Assembly: GCA_041739995.1 (NCBI GenBank)
Contig: JBGSMV010000042.1
Span: forward strand, 32,001 to 96,000
Reading direction: 5' to 3'
From: Bdellovibrionota bacterium
GTDB lineage: Bacteria > Bdellovibrionota_C > UBA2361 > JBGSMV01
DNA length: 64,000 nucleotides
The translations under genes and the position numbers were made by a program. The notes beneath the pieces were generated by a model. The model saw nothing but the letters and a program-made list of their open reading frames with translations. It made no database searches and had not been told where the DNA came from. This document shows, in pieces, positions 1 to 9,679 of this stretch. Each line of letters starts with the position of its first letter. Positions within the stretch are counted from its first letter, which is position 1.

Positions 1-88
1 GGACACGGGGAACCGGTTGGCTCGCTAAGCGCGAGCAGTGACTTGAATATTTCGCGAGATTCTTGACTCGCTGGACAGAGAGGCCGCT

Positions 89-721
89 ATGATTCGAATT
101 AACCTACTCGGCGATGACGCAAAGGTCGATCACTCACACAATGGTTTCATTGCGGGATTTGCAGGTTCCATGGTCGCACTTGTTATCCTGTGCTTTTACC
201 TCAGCTTAACCATTGGCGATGAAGTATCCCATCTGACAGCAAAACGTCAGCTGCTCGATCGTGATTTACGGTTGCTCAAGGAAACCACCGCGGAGGTGCA
301 AGACCTCGAGAAACATCGAGCTGAGCTCAAGGAAAAACTCACCGTGATAGCGCTTCTGCGTAAGAGTAAGCGCGGACCGGCGCGTGTGCTTGACGAGATT
401 AACAATGCGGTTCCGCCGCGAGTGTGGCTTACCGATATTCAGGAGAAAGGCGGAGAGATGCGCATTGTGGGAAAGGCGCTTGACCCTATCGCTATAACTG
501 ATTTTTCGACGAAGTTGCGCGAATCTGAGTTTATGCCGCAGGTTCGGCTTGAAAAGTTTGATGCCGCCAATTGGCGTAATGCAGAGTTGAGAGAATTTTC
601 ATTAAAGCTTCGAGTTAATTACGCCGGAAGAATACTCCCTAAGGAGTCGGCCGGTGTGCCTGGCCAGACTCCCGAACAGGCAACGAAAGTTTCCGATGCG
701 GCCGAGAGCGCGAATTCCTAA
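89..721 (+). CDS. pilN: Type IV pilus assembly protein PilN
   Basis: N-terminal MIRINLL motif, one TM helix, coiled coil, 'LDEINNAVPPRVWLTDI' PilN core; upstream of pilO/pilQ. Confidence 0.92.
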   Translation: MIRINLLGDDAKVDHSHNGFIAGFAGSMVALVILCFYLSLTIGDEVSHLTAKRQLLDRDLRLLKETTAEVQDLEKHRAELKEKLTVIALLRKSKRGPARVLDEINNAVPPRVWLTDIQEKGGEMRIVGKALDPIAITDFSTKLRESEFMPQVRLEKFDAANWRNAELREFSLKLRVNYAGRILPKESAGVPGQTPEQATKVSDAAESANS

Positions 722-732
722 AGGGCAACAGT

Positions 733-1368
733 ATGCATCCGAAGATTGAGAGATTTCTTGAACGCCCCTGGAGCCACAAGCTAGCACTCTGGGCGGTGAG
801 CCTAGCCCTGGTGTTCGGTGGGTTTTGGAATTTTCTCTACAGTGGGCGAGTGGAGGAGCGAGATGAGCTGACCCAGCACATCGATAGAACCAATTCAGAG
901 ATAGTTCTCGCTCGTCGTCAAGCGCGAGAGCTGCCTAGACTCCGGGAGGAAATTCAGTCGCTGGATCTGAAGCTTGAGGGGGTGCTTAAGCAACTCCCGG
1001 ACAAGCAAGAGATTGAAAAGCTACTTGTCTCTTTGGAGCGTAAAGCCAATGAATCTGGCCTCGAAGGTGTTTCTTCGTTCCGCGATATGGGCGAGCAGTT
1101 TAAGGACTTTTACGCCGAGATACCGATCCCGATTGAGTTCGAAGGCAGCTATCACGAGATCGCCACTTTTTTTGATGAAGTCGGCCGACTGCCTAGAATT
1201 GTAAACGTTACCGATATTTCTCTCTCAGAACCGTTTGTTTCTGAAGAGGGCGTCTCTCTTCGGGTTAAGTGTAAGCTTGTAACCTATCGCTACCTAACTG
1301 AAGCAGAACGCTTACAAGCAGCAGAGGCGGAGAAGCAGAAAGCAACCACGAAGAAGCGTCGTCGTTAA
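733..1368 (+). CDS. pilO: Type IV pilus assembly protein PilO
   Basis: TM + coiled coil, 'QLPDKQEIEKLL', 'FYAEIPI.IEFEGSYHEIATFFDEVGRLPRIVNV', C-terminal TYRY. Confidence 0.93.
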   Translation: MHPKIERFLERPWSHKLALWAVSLALVFGGFWNFLYSGRVEERDELTQHIDRTNSEIVLARRQARELPRLREEIQSLDLKLEGVLKQLPDKQEIEKLLVSLERKANESGLEGVSSFRDMGEQFKDFYAEIPIPIEFEGSYHEIATFFDEVGRLPRIVNVTDISLSEPFVSEEGVSLRVKCKLVTYRYLTEAERLQAAEAEKQKATTKKRRR

Positions 1369-1657
1369 AGCACCGTCTTGGATTCATTCTCGTTGCAAAA
1401 TCTCAGTCAGCCATGAAATTTAGTCCGGGTCTCTGAGCTCTTCATCAGCACAATTCGCCAAGTTCATTGAAGCACTTGAAATCAAAACTAAGTTTGTTCA
1501 ACTCGCAACACTTCTTAGAACAATGTTATCTCAAAACGAGAATCTCTTCCTAGGGTTTGGCGCATCAATCTAGCGGTAAGTATGAGGAGCGCTGCGAGCT
1601 AGGCACTCGAGCGCGGAGAAATCGTACGGTTAGTTTTGTTACTTCAGAGATACGTTA

Positions 1658-1686
1658 TTGACAGAGAAGGGGCGCTCCCATTTACT
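1658..1686 (+). promoter_or_regulatory. Putative sigma70 promoter for pilQ
   Basis: TTGACA(1658-1663)-17 bp-TTTACT(1681-1686) in the pilO-pilQ gap. Confidence 0.55.
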
Positions 1687-1850
1687 GAAGGGCAGCTTCT
1701 AGGGGTGCTCGAGGATCCTGGCTACGAGGGATGCGTTAGGGAAAAAGGAAGATCGCGATCTGGTGGGAATCGGTGATCGCAATTCCGAGTTTGCAGTGAC
1801 TACTTTTTTCTAGTGCAGCGATTCTTTTTTGTGGGGTTGGCTTCGACAAT

Positions 1851-1892
1851 GGATTTTCAGGGTAGGGATTTTCAGAGTAGGGATTTTCAGGG
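1851..1892. repeat. 15-bp tandem repeat x~2.8 (GGATTTTCAG(G/A)GTAG) in the pilQ leader
   Basis: Units start at 1851, 1866, 1881. Confidence 0.85.
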
Positions 1893-2040
1893 AACGGTTC
1901 TTTTGGGAACAAATCAAAGTCATAGAGATACAGGGAGAAGTCGCATGGAACAGCGCGAGTTTCTCGCATATCCGAGCCTTTCTTCTGACAGGTCCGCGGT
2001 TATGTCGAACAGTATCAAGGCGATTAGTGGAGAGGGGTTA

Positions 2041-4671
2041 ATGGGCAAGTTTTTACGCATAGTTGCAGCGGTTTCTTGTGTCGGTTTGATGGCAGCGTGT
2101 TCGGGTTCGCCCTCACGAATCACGCCGGATACCAACAATTCGAGTCTTCCCGCTCTGGGCGAGGCTTCGTCTCCTGGCGATGTTGCAGCGAACGATTCCG
2201 CTGTTAGTGATTCCATTGGCAGTGATTCAATTGGCAGTGATTACTCTGAGTATGCGGCTTCTGGCTCGACCGAAGTTCCAGCGAACATACAAGTATCGAC
2301 CAGAATGTTGCGTGCGCCCACTACTTCTGAGTTGGGTGTCGAATTGGTAGATGGTAGTGGTTTCAATAAAATCGTTGTACGTCGCGGTGCGTCGTCTCAA
2401 GCGATGTCCGACACTGAATCCCGCCCATTCAAATTTGAAGTGAGCCGTCTAGAGAATCCACCACGCTTAGTGGTCGATGTGCTTGGCTATTCGAATCAAA
2501 ATCCCCAAAGTTTTGTGACCGCGGATTCTGATCTCGTAGAGCGCGTTCGAATTGGCGCGCACCCCGAGAAGAGTCGTTTCGTTCTTGACCTCGTTGAGGG
2601 TCAGGAAATTGAGCATCGCGTCGAAGGAATTCGACAAGGTGCTGAGGTCATGGGCCGCTCCTCTGGCGAAGAGCTGGTAGTGACTATTGCGCGCCCAAAT
2701 ACCATGCAGGTTGCCTTGGCAGCAGATGCTCTCCAAACCGGTGGAACGAATGATTTCACCTCTCCATCTGAGCCAGACGTGCGCGCTTCATTCGGGGAAG
2801 ATGTCGAGACTGCAGAAGTCGTGGTCGCCAAGGAGACCATCGAGACTTCACCTGCGGCGTTACCAGAGGTTGCGGTAGCGGAAGTAGGAACCGTTGAAGT
2901 TGCCGAAGTAGAAAACATTGAGCGACCGCGAATCGTGGCTTTGTCGCTTGAGCCCGTAGCTCCAGGCGAGAACATGATAGTTGCTCAGATCTCCGGAAAC
3001 CCCATGTTCGACCTGAAGAGAACGGCCCCTTCAGAGTATGTTCTTTCAGTTGATGGAGCTGAAGTAGATGCCTCGGCCATGAACACTTTGGTGGCGGTTC
3101 CTGGAGCCGGACAAATTCGAACGGTGCGCCCGGTAGTTGCGGGCAATGATGTGCTGCTTCGAATATTCGCAGAGCCCACGGCAGTTCTTACCTCTCGTGC
3201 TGCTAATGGCCGGATAGTGATTCTAACCCGCAGTGATTCGCCCGATGCGCGCGCTCAGATGGACCCAACTGCTGCTGAAGCCGGGGCTTCGACGAGTGAA
3301 GAAGTGAAGGTGAGCGCAGAGAGCTCTGGACCAAGCGAGCTGGACGTTGGTGTGGCCGCGTTACTCGGCGACCAGCCCATGTACACTGGTCGACTCATTT
3401 CACTCGATCTTCAAGACACTGACATCGACAACGCGTTGCGAATTATCGCAGAGGTTTCCAACCTGAACATTATTGCGAGTGACGATGTTACCGGAAAGGT
3501 AACGCTGCGTTTGATTGATGTTCCTTGGGACCAGGCTCTTGATGTCATTCTAAAGACCAACGGTCTCGACAAAGTCCAAGAAGGAAACGTGGTGCGTATC
3601 GCTCCGGTTGAGAAGCTCCGACTCGAGCGCGAAGCTCTCAAACAGGCGCAGCAGGCTGAAGAAGAGCTTGAGCCACTTCAGGTGCGATATATCAGAGTAA
3701 GTTACGCCAAAGCGTCTGACTTGCGTCCTCTAATTGAGTCCGTAGTGTCTGAGCGTGGATCGGTAGCCTACGACGAGCGTACCAATCAGCTAATTATCAA
3801 AGACATCCGCAAGGGCGTGAAGAACGTCGTGGAATTGGTTTCTAAGCTTGATTTAAGAACCCCGCAGATTTTGCTTGAAACCCAAATCGTAGAAGCGAAT
3901 AGAAATCTTCTTCGAGCGCTTGGCACGAACCTGGGGTTCAAGTCTATTCAGTCCCCAGAAACTGGAAACGCGACAGGGTCTAACTTTCCGAACTCAATTG
4001 CGGTCGGAGGGGCTTCGACATTTCCTGCCACAGCGGTTGATCCTACTCTAGGAGGAGCGTCGCTCGCACTATTGCTAGACAGCGCTGATGGGACCAAGTC
4101 TCTTTCCATCCGACTGAATGCTCTTGAACAAGAGGGGCGGGTAAGAATTGTAAGTCGTCCCGCAGTGGCGACTACCAACAACACGCCAGCGATCATTAGG
4201 TCAGTTGAGAAAATTCGTGTGAAGACACCAAGTGGTGGAACCGTAGTTGGGGTTGGACAAGGCTCAACTCCGTCAAGCGGTGGTTCCACGGCTACTGAGA
4301 GCATCGAGATTGGTATCATTCTCGAAGTTGTTCCCCAAGCGTCACCGGATTACTTCGTATTGCTCGATCTAAATGCCAAGTCGAGCACTTTCGGCTCTCA
4401 AGTCGTCGATGGTATTCCTTCTGAAATTGAGCGTAGCGCTACCTCTTCTGTGCTGGTTTCGTCGGGACAGACTTTCGCGATGGGAGGAATTTACCGAATT
4501 ATCGATAGTGATACGGTAACAGGCGTGCCTTTCCTTAAAGACCTTCCTGTATTTGGACACCTCTTTAGAACGATTCAAACTGACAACAGAGATGAAGAGC
4601 TAATCTTCTTCGTTACACCGCGAATCATCGAAGGAAGTTTTGATGATGCGGCAATGAAGGTAGCGCTCTAA
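2041..4671 (+). CDS. pilQ: Type IV pilus secretin PilQ with lipoprotein signal and AMIN-like domains
   Basis: ORF is open from 1813, but the likely start is ATG 2041 (GGAGAGGGG upstream, lipobox LMAAC). Motifs: 'RLENPPRLVVD' AMIN, 'YTGRLISLDLQD', 'VPWDQALD', secretin C-term 'GVPFLKDLPVFGHLF...ELIFFVTPRII'. Confidence 0.95.
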   Translation: MGKFLRIVAAVSCVGLMAACSGSPSRITPDTNNSSLPALGEASSPGDVAANDSAVSDSIGSDSIGSDYSEYAASGSTEVPANIQVSTRMLRAPTTSELGVELVDGSGFNKIVVRRGASSQAMSDTESRPFKFEVSRLENPPRLVVDVLGYSNQNPQSFVTADSDLVERVRIGAHPEKSRFVLDLVEGQEIEHRVEGIRQGAEVMGRSSGEELVVTIARPNTMQVALAADALQTGGTNDFTSPSEPDVRASFGEDVETAEVVVAKETIETSPAALPEVAVAEVGTVEVAEVENIERPRIVALSLEPVAPGENMIVAQISGNPMFDLKRTAPSEYVLSVDGAEVDASAMNTLVAVPGAGQIRTVRPVVAGNDVLLRIFAEPTAVLTSRAANGRIVILTRSDSPDARAQMDPTAAEAGASTSEEVKVSAESSGPSELDVGVAALLGDQPMYTGRLISLDLQDTDIDNALRIIAEVSNLNIIASDDVTGKVTLRLIDVPWDQALDVILKTNGLDKVQEGNVVRIAPVEKLRLEREALKQAQQAEEELEPLQVRYIRVSYAKASDLRPLIESVVSERGSVAYDERTNQLIIKDIRKGVKNVVELVSKLDLRTPQILLETQIVEANRNLLRALGTNLGFKSIQSPETGNATGSNFPNSIAVGGASTFPATAVDPTLGGASLALLLDSADGTKSLSIRLNALEQEGRVRIVSRPAVATTNNTPAIIRSVEKIRVKTPSGGTVVGVGQGSTPSSGGSTATESIEIGIILEVVPQASPDYFVLLDLNAKSSTFGSQVVDGIPSEIERSATSSVLVSSGQTFAMGGIYRIIDSDTVTGVPFLKDLPVFGHLFRTIQTDNRDEELIFFVTPRIIEGSFDDAAMKVAL

Positions 4672-4719
4672 GAGTTGGATATAGAGAATTTCTAATAATC
4701 GGATTTCGAGGAGAATAGT

Positions 4720-5433
4720 ATGCGACAGTTCTGGAACATTGCTTGCCAAACCACCGGCAGCTCATTTGGTAAAGTGGCACTTGTAACTCTTGCGGCTGCA
4801 CTTACTTTTGGTTGTGGGTCAGCGTCCAATAATGACCAAGGAGTGAGCGTCACTCTGTACCAGATGGTGCCAAGCAGCAGCGCAGTTCCACTTTCGGTTT
4901 CCACCGAAGGGGTCGTTTCCACCGGAGCTCTGTCGGGCACTTACGGGTTCCAGAACAACCTTAGTAGTCAGGGTTTTCGTCTTCAAAGAATTTTCTTGCG
5001 CTTCTTTGTGGAGGCTTCTGACGAGCAGCCACCTGAGACCACGGTAGCGATTGGCGCAGTCCTTGGCCCAGCGGGTACGGCAGAGGTTCTGCCGGGAGAA
5101 GATGTGCAGGATGGAACATTGCCTGATGGCTTTAATGATCTTCCGAATTCAGCGCTTGTTAGTGCGTTTGTAATTCCTCCTGAGATTAAAAGCTGGCTGA
5201 ATCTCAACCGAGATTTGCTTCCAGAGCCTCCATACAGCCTCACAATCGAGGCCTTTGGAATTGGAATCACAACAGCTGGAGATCAACTTGAGACCAACCC
5301 GCTCTCGACTTCGGTCACCATTACGCCCGACGTGATCATCAATCCTGAAGCTGGGGGAGAGGAAGAGTCGGCCGCGGACCCGGAGGTGAACCCACTCGAC
5401 GAGAGTGCGACCGGCGGAGATAGCGATCTATAG
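4720..5433 (+). CDS. Hypothetical lipoprotein
   Basis: GAGGAG RBS, lipobox-like LTFGC, acidic tail; directly after pilQ. Confidence 0.75.
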   Translation: MRQFWNIACQTTGSSFGKVALVTLAAALTFGCGSASNNDQGVSVTLYQMVPSSSAVPLSVSTEGVVSTGALSGTYGFQNNLSSQGFRLQRIFLRFFVEASDEQPPETTVAIGAVLGPAGTAEVLPGEDVQDGTLPDGFNDLPNSALVSAFVIPPEIKSWLNLNRDLLPEPPYSLTIEAFGIGITTAGDQLETNPLSTSVTITPDVIINPEAGGEEESAADPEVNPLDESATGGDSDL

Positions 5434-5504
5434 TCTTAGTTGAATTAGGCAAGGTTTTTTTGAGTTATCCAAGGGCAGTTTTTTTTGAGCAGAGGATAGA
5501 GAAT

Positions 5505-6563
5505 ATGAGAAAGGGACTCTTTCAGGGCCTCGTCGCCTTAATCTCGATAGTGGTAGCAGCTGGTATCCTAGTCGCCTGCGGAAGCGGCGGCGGAGATACC
5601 GACGGCGGCAAAGCGGGCGAGGAAACCTTTGATGGGACTGGTTTTGACCCCAGCCTCGCGGGCGCAATTGAGCTTGTGCTCAGAGACGACGACCTTCAAG
5701 TCTCTGAATCTGCTGGATTCTACGTGCAAGTGTCCGACAAAAACGGCGGACCTGTTGCCAACGTTCGAGTAGCTTGTGACACCGAAGCGGGGCTCGCCAT
5801 ACTTGAGCCTTCGGACGGCAATCAGCTCACCGACGATGGTGGCATCATGAGTGGCCGTCTCGGTTGCGAGCAAATCGGTAGTTTTAGAATGGGCTGTCGT
5901 CTCCCAACTGGCGGTGGCAAGCGCAAGTTTGCGACGGTGCAATGTTCGGGACCAATTCCTTCGGGATTTGATGGATTCCCAGGTGCCGGTGGCGGTGGAC
6001 TTGGTGGTGGCTCAGTTAACGAGCCGGATTCGGACGAGTTGGTGACAGTAACCGCGATTGCTTTCTTTGATGGCGGTACCACTAATGCCAACTACGGCGG
6101 GGAAATTGGAGATTTGCAGGTTGATGTGGCCCAAGGAATTTGCGGGACGGCAGCTCCTTTCACTGCTGAACCGTTTTTTGACACTATTGTCGGAATCGAC
6201 GTGCAAAACTTTTTGGACGACTCTGTCAACTTCTCACAAATGAACTACACCGTTGAGAACAGTGATGGAGGTACCCCAGGCACATCATTTACCTCAGCGC
6301 GGTTTGCTTTGATTAATGCTGACGAAGTTCCAGGCGAAGGGGACGCTCAACCTGGTCAGAGAAGATTTCTCGGATTTTTCGCCAAAGCAGGTGCTGGAGG
6401 TGGCGATAAGGCACTTAACGGAGCGAGCACCGCGCTCCCTAGTGGTGACTGGCTCAGCAACGTCACTTTCCGAGTCTTTGGTGTCTCGTCTTCTGGACGA
6501 GAAGTCTCAGCTTCATTACGAGTTGCTATCGCATTCGGAAACTACAATCGCTGCGGCAGCTAA
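5505..6563 (+). CDS. Hypothetical lipoprotein with Ig-like (Big_1-like) segment
   Basis: Likely start ATG 5505 (GAGGA RBS), lipobox LVAC, 'VQVSDKNGGPVANVRV' Ig-like motif, Gly-rich linkers. Confidence 0.75.
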   Translation: MRKGLFQGLVALISIVVAAGILVACGSGGGDTDGGKAGEETFDGTGFDPSLAGAIELVLRDDDLQVSESAGFYVQVSDKNGGPVANVRVACDTEAGLAILEPSDGNQLTDDGGIMSGRLGCEQIGSFRMGCRLPTGGGKRKFATVQCSGPIPSGFDGFPGAGGGGLGGGSVNEPDSDELVTVTAIAFFDGGTTNANYGGEIGDLQVDVAQGICGTAAPFTAEPFFDTIVGIDVQNFLDDSVNFSQMNYTVENSDGGTPGTSFTSARFALINADEVPGEGDAQPGQRRFLGFFAKAGAGGGDKALNGASTALPSGDWLSNVTFRVFGVSSSGREVSASLRVAIAFGNYNRCGS

Positions 6564-6674
6564 ACGGCGTTGCTGTGGTTTGTAGGTTCTAAGCGTTAGC
6601 ATTCATCTTGCGTCTAGTGGTAGTTTGCTCTTGCTGCGTACTTAAGCGCTGTTGAGGGGGGCTTCTGCAATCGA

Positions 6675-7178
6675 ATGTCGCGTGAAGAAGAGCTCAAAGC
6701 TAGGCTGGCGAGTGACAGCGGTGACCCCGCATTCGCTGAGTTATCAGACCTATATATGGCCGAGGGAAAAGTCGGAGAGGCTTTAACCACGCTCTTGTCT
6801 GGACTCTCTGCGAACCCTGGCTACCACGTCGGCCGCTTGGTGCTGGCTAGACTCTTTGCGCACTTAGGATACGCACCTTTCGCGGTGCGCGAACTCGTCA
6901 CTCTGCGCCAACAGAGACCCGAATGTGAGTCCATTCGGCGATTGCTCGAGGCTATCTCACCCGGTAGTTCAAAGCTTTCTAATGATTCGTGGGAAGATTC
7001 CGCTCGTCAGTTGAGCCAAGACGGGGAGACTGGCGGAGCTGAAAGGGTGGAGAGTCCCGAACGTAGGCAAAACTCCGCGCCCTCTGCTTCGATCGAGGAA
7101 ACTCTCGCAGAAGGTGAGTTCGACTTCGATATCCTATCCGACCTTGCCGAAGATAAAGAAGGCTCAAAGGAGCACTAG
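6675..7178 (+). CDS. TPR-like protein
   Basis: 'FAELSDLY...GL.ANPGYHVGRLVLARL' TPR-type helices, acidic C-terminus. Confidence 0.7.
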   Translation: MSREEELKARLASDSGDPAFAELSDLYMAEGKVGEALTTLLSGLSANPGYHVGRLVLARLFAHLGYAPFAVRELVTLRQQRPECESIRRLLEAISPGSSKLSNDSWEDSARQLSQDGETGGAERVESPERRQNSAPSASIEETLAEGEFDFDILSDLAEDKEGSKEH

Positions 7179-7491
7179 GCTCCCACTCAACTGAGCCTGT
7201 TCTGTAAGCTCAGGAACTCCTTGAGGGAATACTGTTGGCCATGGGGAGGAGGTTTCGGTCAAGTCTCTAAGCCACTGGATCGAACTAACATTCTAGGATA
7301 GTTACCTTATTCCCCGGGTGCTTTGTCGAGGAACTCAAAAGCGTATACAATGAGAGGCCGATCTTGTCGGGCTTTCAATCAGATAATTCTTTGTTTCAGC
7401 ATGTATGGGGAAACCTAAGGAACCAACCGCTTCGGCGCCTACATCTTCCGAGATAAAGAGGGGCTCTGCCTCTTCGGGAGAAACGATTATG

Positions 7492-7535
7492 GAGTCGACT
7501 AGAGAGTCGGCTAGAGAGTCGGCTAGAGAGTCGAC
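7492..7535. repeat. 12-bp tandem repeat x~3.7 (GAGTCG(G/A)CTAGA) upstream of accB
   Basis: Units start at 7492, 7504, 7516, 7528. Confidence 0.85.
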
Positions 7536-7569
7536 AGTGGTGGTGCTACCGTCTCGCGAAGGAAGTTCG

Positions 7570-8103
7570 ATGGATATTAAGGAACTTGAACAGATAGTTT
7601 CAATTTTAAAGCAGAACGAGGTGACTCGTTTTGAGCTTGAGCAAAAAGGGGTCAAGATAAAGTTATCGCGTCTGGGAAGTGACTCTCCTCGAGTTCGAGT
7701 GCAGGGTAGTCCAGTCGGCTCAGTAGAGCATGCGATTGCACCGCATCACTTTATGGGCGGGCAGCACGTTGGTCAGGCCGCCTCGACTCACCCCGCGCCT
7801 GCGACTCCAATTGCCTCGCATGCTACAAATGGGGCAGGAGCAGCCGTATCACTAGATCATCTCACTAAAGTGGATTCTCCACTGGTCGGAACCTTTTATC
7901 GCAAAGCTTCACCTGACGCAGAGCCTTTTGTGCGTGAGGGGCAGTCCGTACGTAAAGGCGATACTCTTTGTATCGTAGAAGCGATGAAGCTCATGAATGA
8001 AATCGAGGCACCGGTTTCGGGTAAGATAGAGAAGATTCTTGTTCAGGACTCACACGTAGTTGAGTTCGGAGAGGTACTGTTTCTCATAGATGCATCCGCC
8101 TGA
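7570..8103 (+). CDS. accB: Acetyl-CoA carboxylase biotin carboxyl carrier protein
   Basis: MDIKELEQ N-terminus (likely start 7570; ORF open from 7405), 'SPLVGTFY', biotinylation motif EAMKLMNEI. Confidence 0.96.
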   Translation: MDIKELEQIVSILKQNEVTRFELEQKGVKIKLSRLGSDSPRVRVQGSPVGSVEHAIAPHHFMGGQHVGQAASTHPAPATPIASHATNGAGAAVSLDHLTKVDSPLVGTFYRKASPDAEPFVREGQSVRKGDTLCIVEAMKLMNEIEAPVSGKIEKILVQDSHVVEFGEVLFLIDASA

Positions 8104-8242
8104 TCGAATTACTATCGTGACCAGAAGAGTAGTAATTTTCACTTTGAGTTCAGATAGCGCGACCCTCGTGCCCCGGCGGGCAGTGTCAATGGCAGCTTCA
8201 ATAGCGCTGATGTCCCTTCTAGCGAATTAATAAGAGGCTGAA

Positions 8243-9625
8243 ATGGAAAAACCTCCTTTTAATAAAATTCTCATTGCAAACCGTGGCGAGATTGCCGTTC
8301 GAGTCATTCGTGCGTGCCACGAACTTGGTATTAAAACCGTCGCGGTACATTCCATTGCGGACAAGGACGCGTTGCATGTGAAGCTTGCAACTCAGAGCGT
8401 GTGCGTAGGACCTGCATTAGCAAGGGAAAGCTATCTTAACATAGCTTCAATCATGTCAGCGGCTGTGGCGACTGGCGCGGATGCAATTCATCCGGGGTAT
8501 GGATTTCTCAGTGAGAATTCCGGCTTTGCAGAAATTTGCGGCAGCTGTGGAATTACCTTCATTGGACCGTCCGTTCGCGCCATGCGTGTCATGGGCGATA
8601 AGGCGCGTGCGCGTCGAGCGGCGGATAAGGCAGGCGTTCCTACTGTTCCTGGCGACAGCCGCGGATTTCTTGATGGTGCTGAAGCGCTCGCGGTGGCTGA
8701 GCGTGCCGGGTTTCCTATCTTATTAAAGGCCTGCGCCGGCGGCGGGGGTCGTGGAATGAAAGTGGTACAGAGCAAAGACGAGTTCTTGAATTTGTTTGCC
8801 ACGGCGCAGCGTGAAGTTGAAGCGGCGTTTGGAGATGCGCACCTTCTAGTTGAAAAATATCTTCCGAAAGTTCGACACGTAGAGGTTCAGGTCGCAGGCG
8901 ATAATTCGCATAACATTATTCATTTGGGCGTGCGAGATTGCTCAATCCAGCGCCGACACCAGAAGCTTATCGAAGAGTCGCCATCGCCCGGATTACCGGA
9001 CGAGTTTACCAAGGAGATCTGCCGATCGGCGGTGGAATTGTGCAAATCGGTTCACTACACCAACGTGGGAACCTGCGAGTTCTTGGTTGATGTTGAAGCA
9101 ATGAAGTTCTACTTCATCGAGATGAATACTCGACTACAAGTCGAGCATCCGGTAACCGAGCTGCGCTGCGATATCGACCTGGTGAAGGAGCAAATTCGCC
9201 TTGCGTCGGGAAAAGATCTGTCGTTGTGCCAAGCCGACGTGAATCCAACTGGACATGTCATCGAGGTGCGAATTAATGCGGAAGACCCCCGAAAGATGAT
9301 ACCAAGCCCTGGGCTGGTAACTAGTTATCATGCGCCTGGTGGTCGTGGGGTGCGCGTCGATTCTGCTTTGTATCATGGTTACACGGTGCAGCCGTACTAT
9401 GACTCGCTGGTGAGTAAGTTGATCGTTCGTGAAGCAACTCGTGAGCAGTGCATTCGCAAGCTTTTGGTTGCTCTTGATGAATATTTGATTGAGGGTATCC
9501 GCACCAATATCGAGCTGCACCAGCGCATCTTGAATCACCCTGATTTCCGTAGCGGAAATGTGTGGACCAGGTTCCTTGAGTCGGTCAATGTGTTCGATGA
9601 TATTCCGCATGAGGCCGCGGCCTAA
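8243..9625 (+). CDS. accC: Biotin carboxylase
   Basis: 'KILIANRGEIA', 'HPGYGFLSEN', 'GGGGRGM', 'EMNTRLQVEH', 'RINAEDP'. Confidence 0.97.
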   Translation: MEKPPFNKILIANRGEIAVRVIRACHELGIKTVAVHSIADKDALHVKLATQSVCVGPALARESYLNIASIMSAAVATGADAIHPGYGFLSENSGFAEICGSCGITFIGPSVRAMRVMGDKARARRAADKAGVPTVPGDSRGFLDGAEALAVAERAGFPILLKACAGGGGRGMKVVQSKDEFLNLFATAQREVEAAFGDAHLLVEKYLPKVRHVEVQVAGDNSHNIIHLGVRDCSIQRRHQKLIEESPSPGLPDEFTKEICRSAVELCKSVHYTNVGTCEFLVDVEAMKFYFIEMNTRLQVEHPVTELRCDIDLVKEQIRLASGKDLSLCQADVNPTGHVIEVRINAEDPRKMIPSPGLVTSYHAPGGRGVRVDSALYHGYTVQPYYDSLVSKLIVREATREQCIRKLLVALDEYLIEGIRTNIELHQRILNHPDFRSGNVWTRFLESVNVFDDIPHEAAA

Positions 9626-9679
9626 CTCCCGGCCTAGTTTCGGAGGAGTGTCGAGGGCGTTAGATACCAGACGTTATAA

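Noticed and set aside
1813..2040. 76-aa N-terminal extension of PilQ
   Set aside because: It spans the tandem repeat; RBS and lipoprotein signal point to 2041
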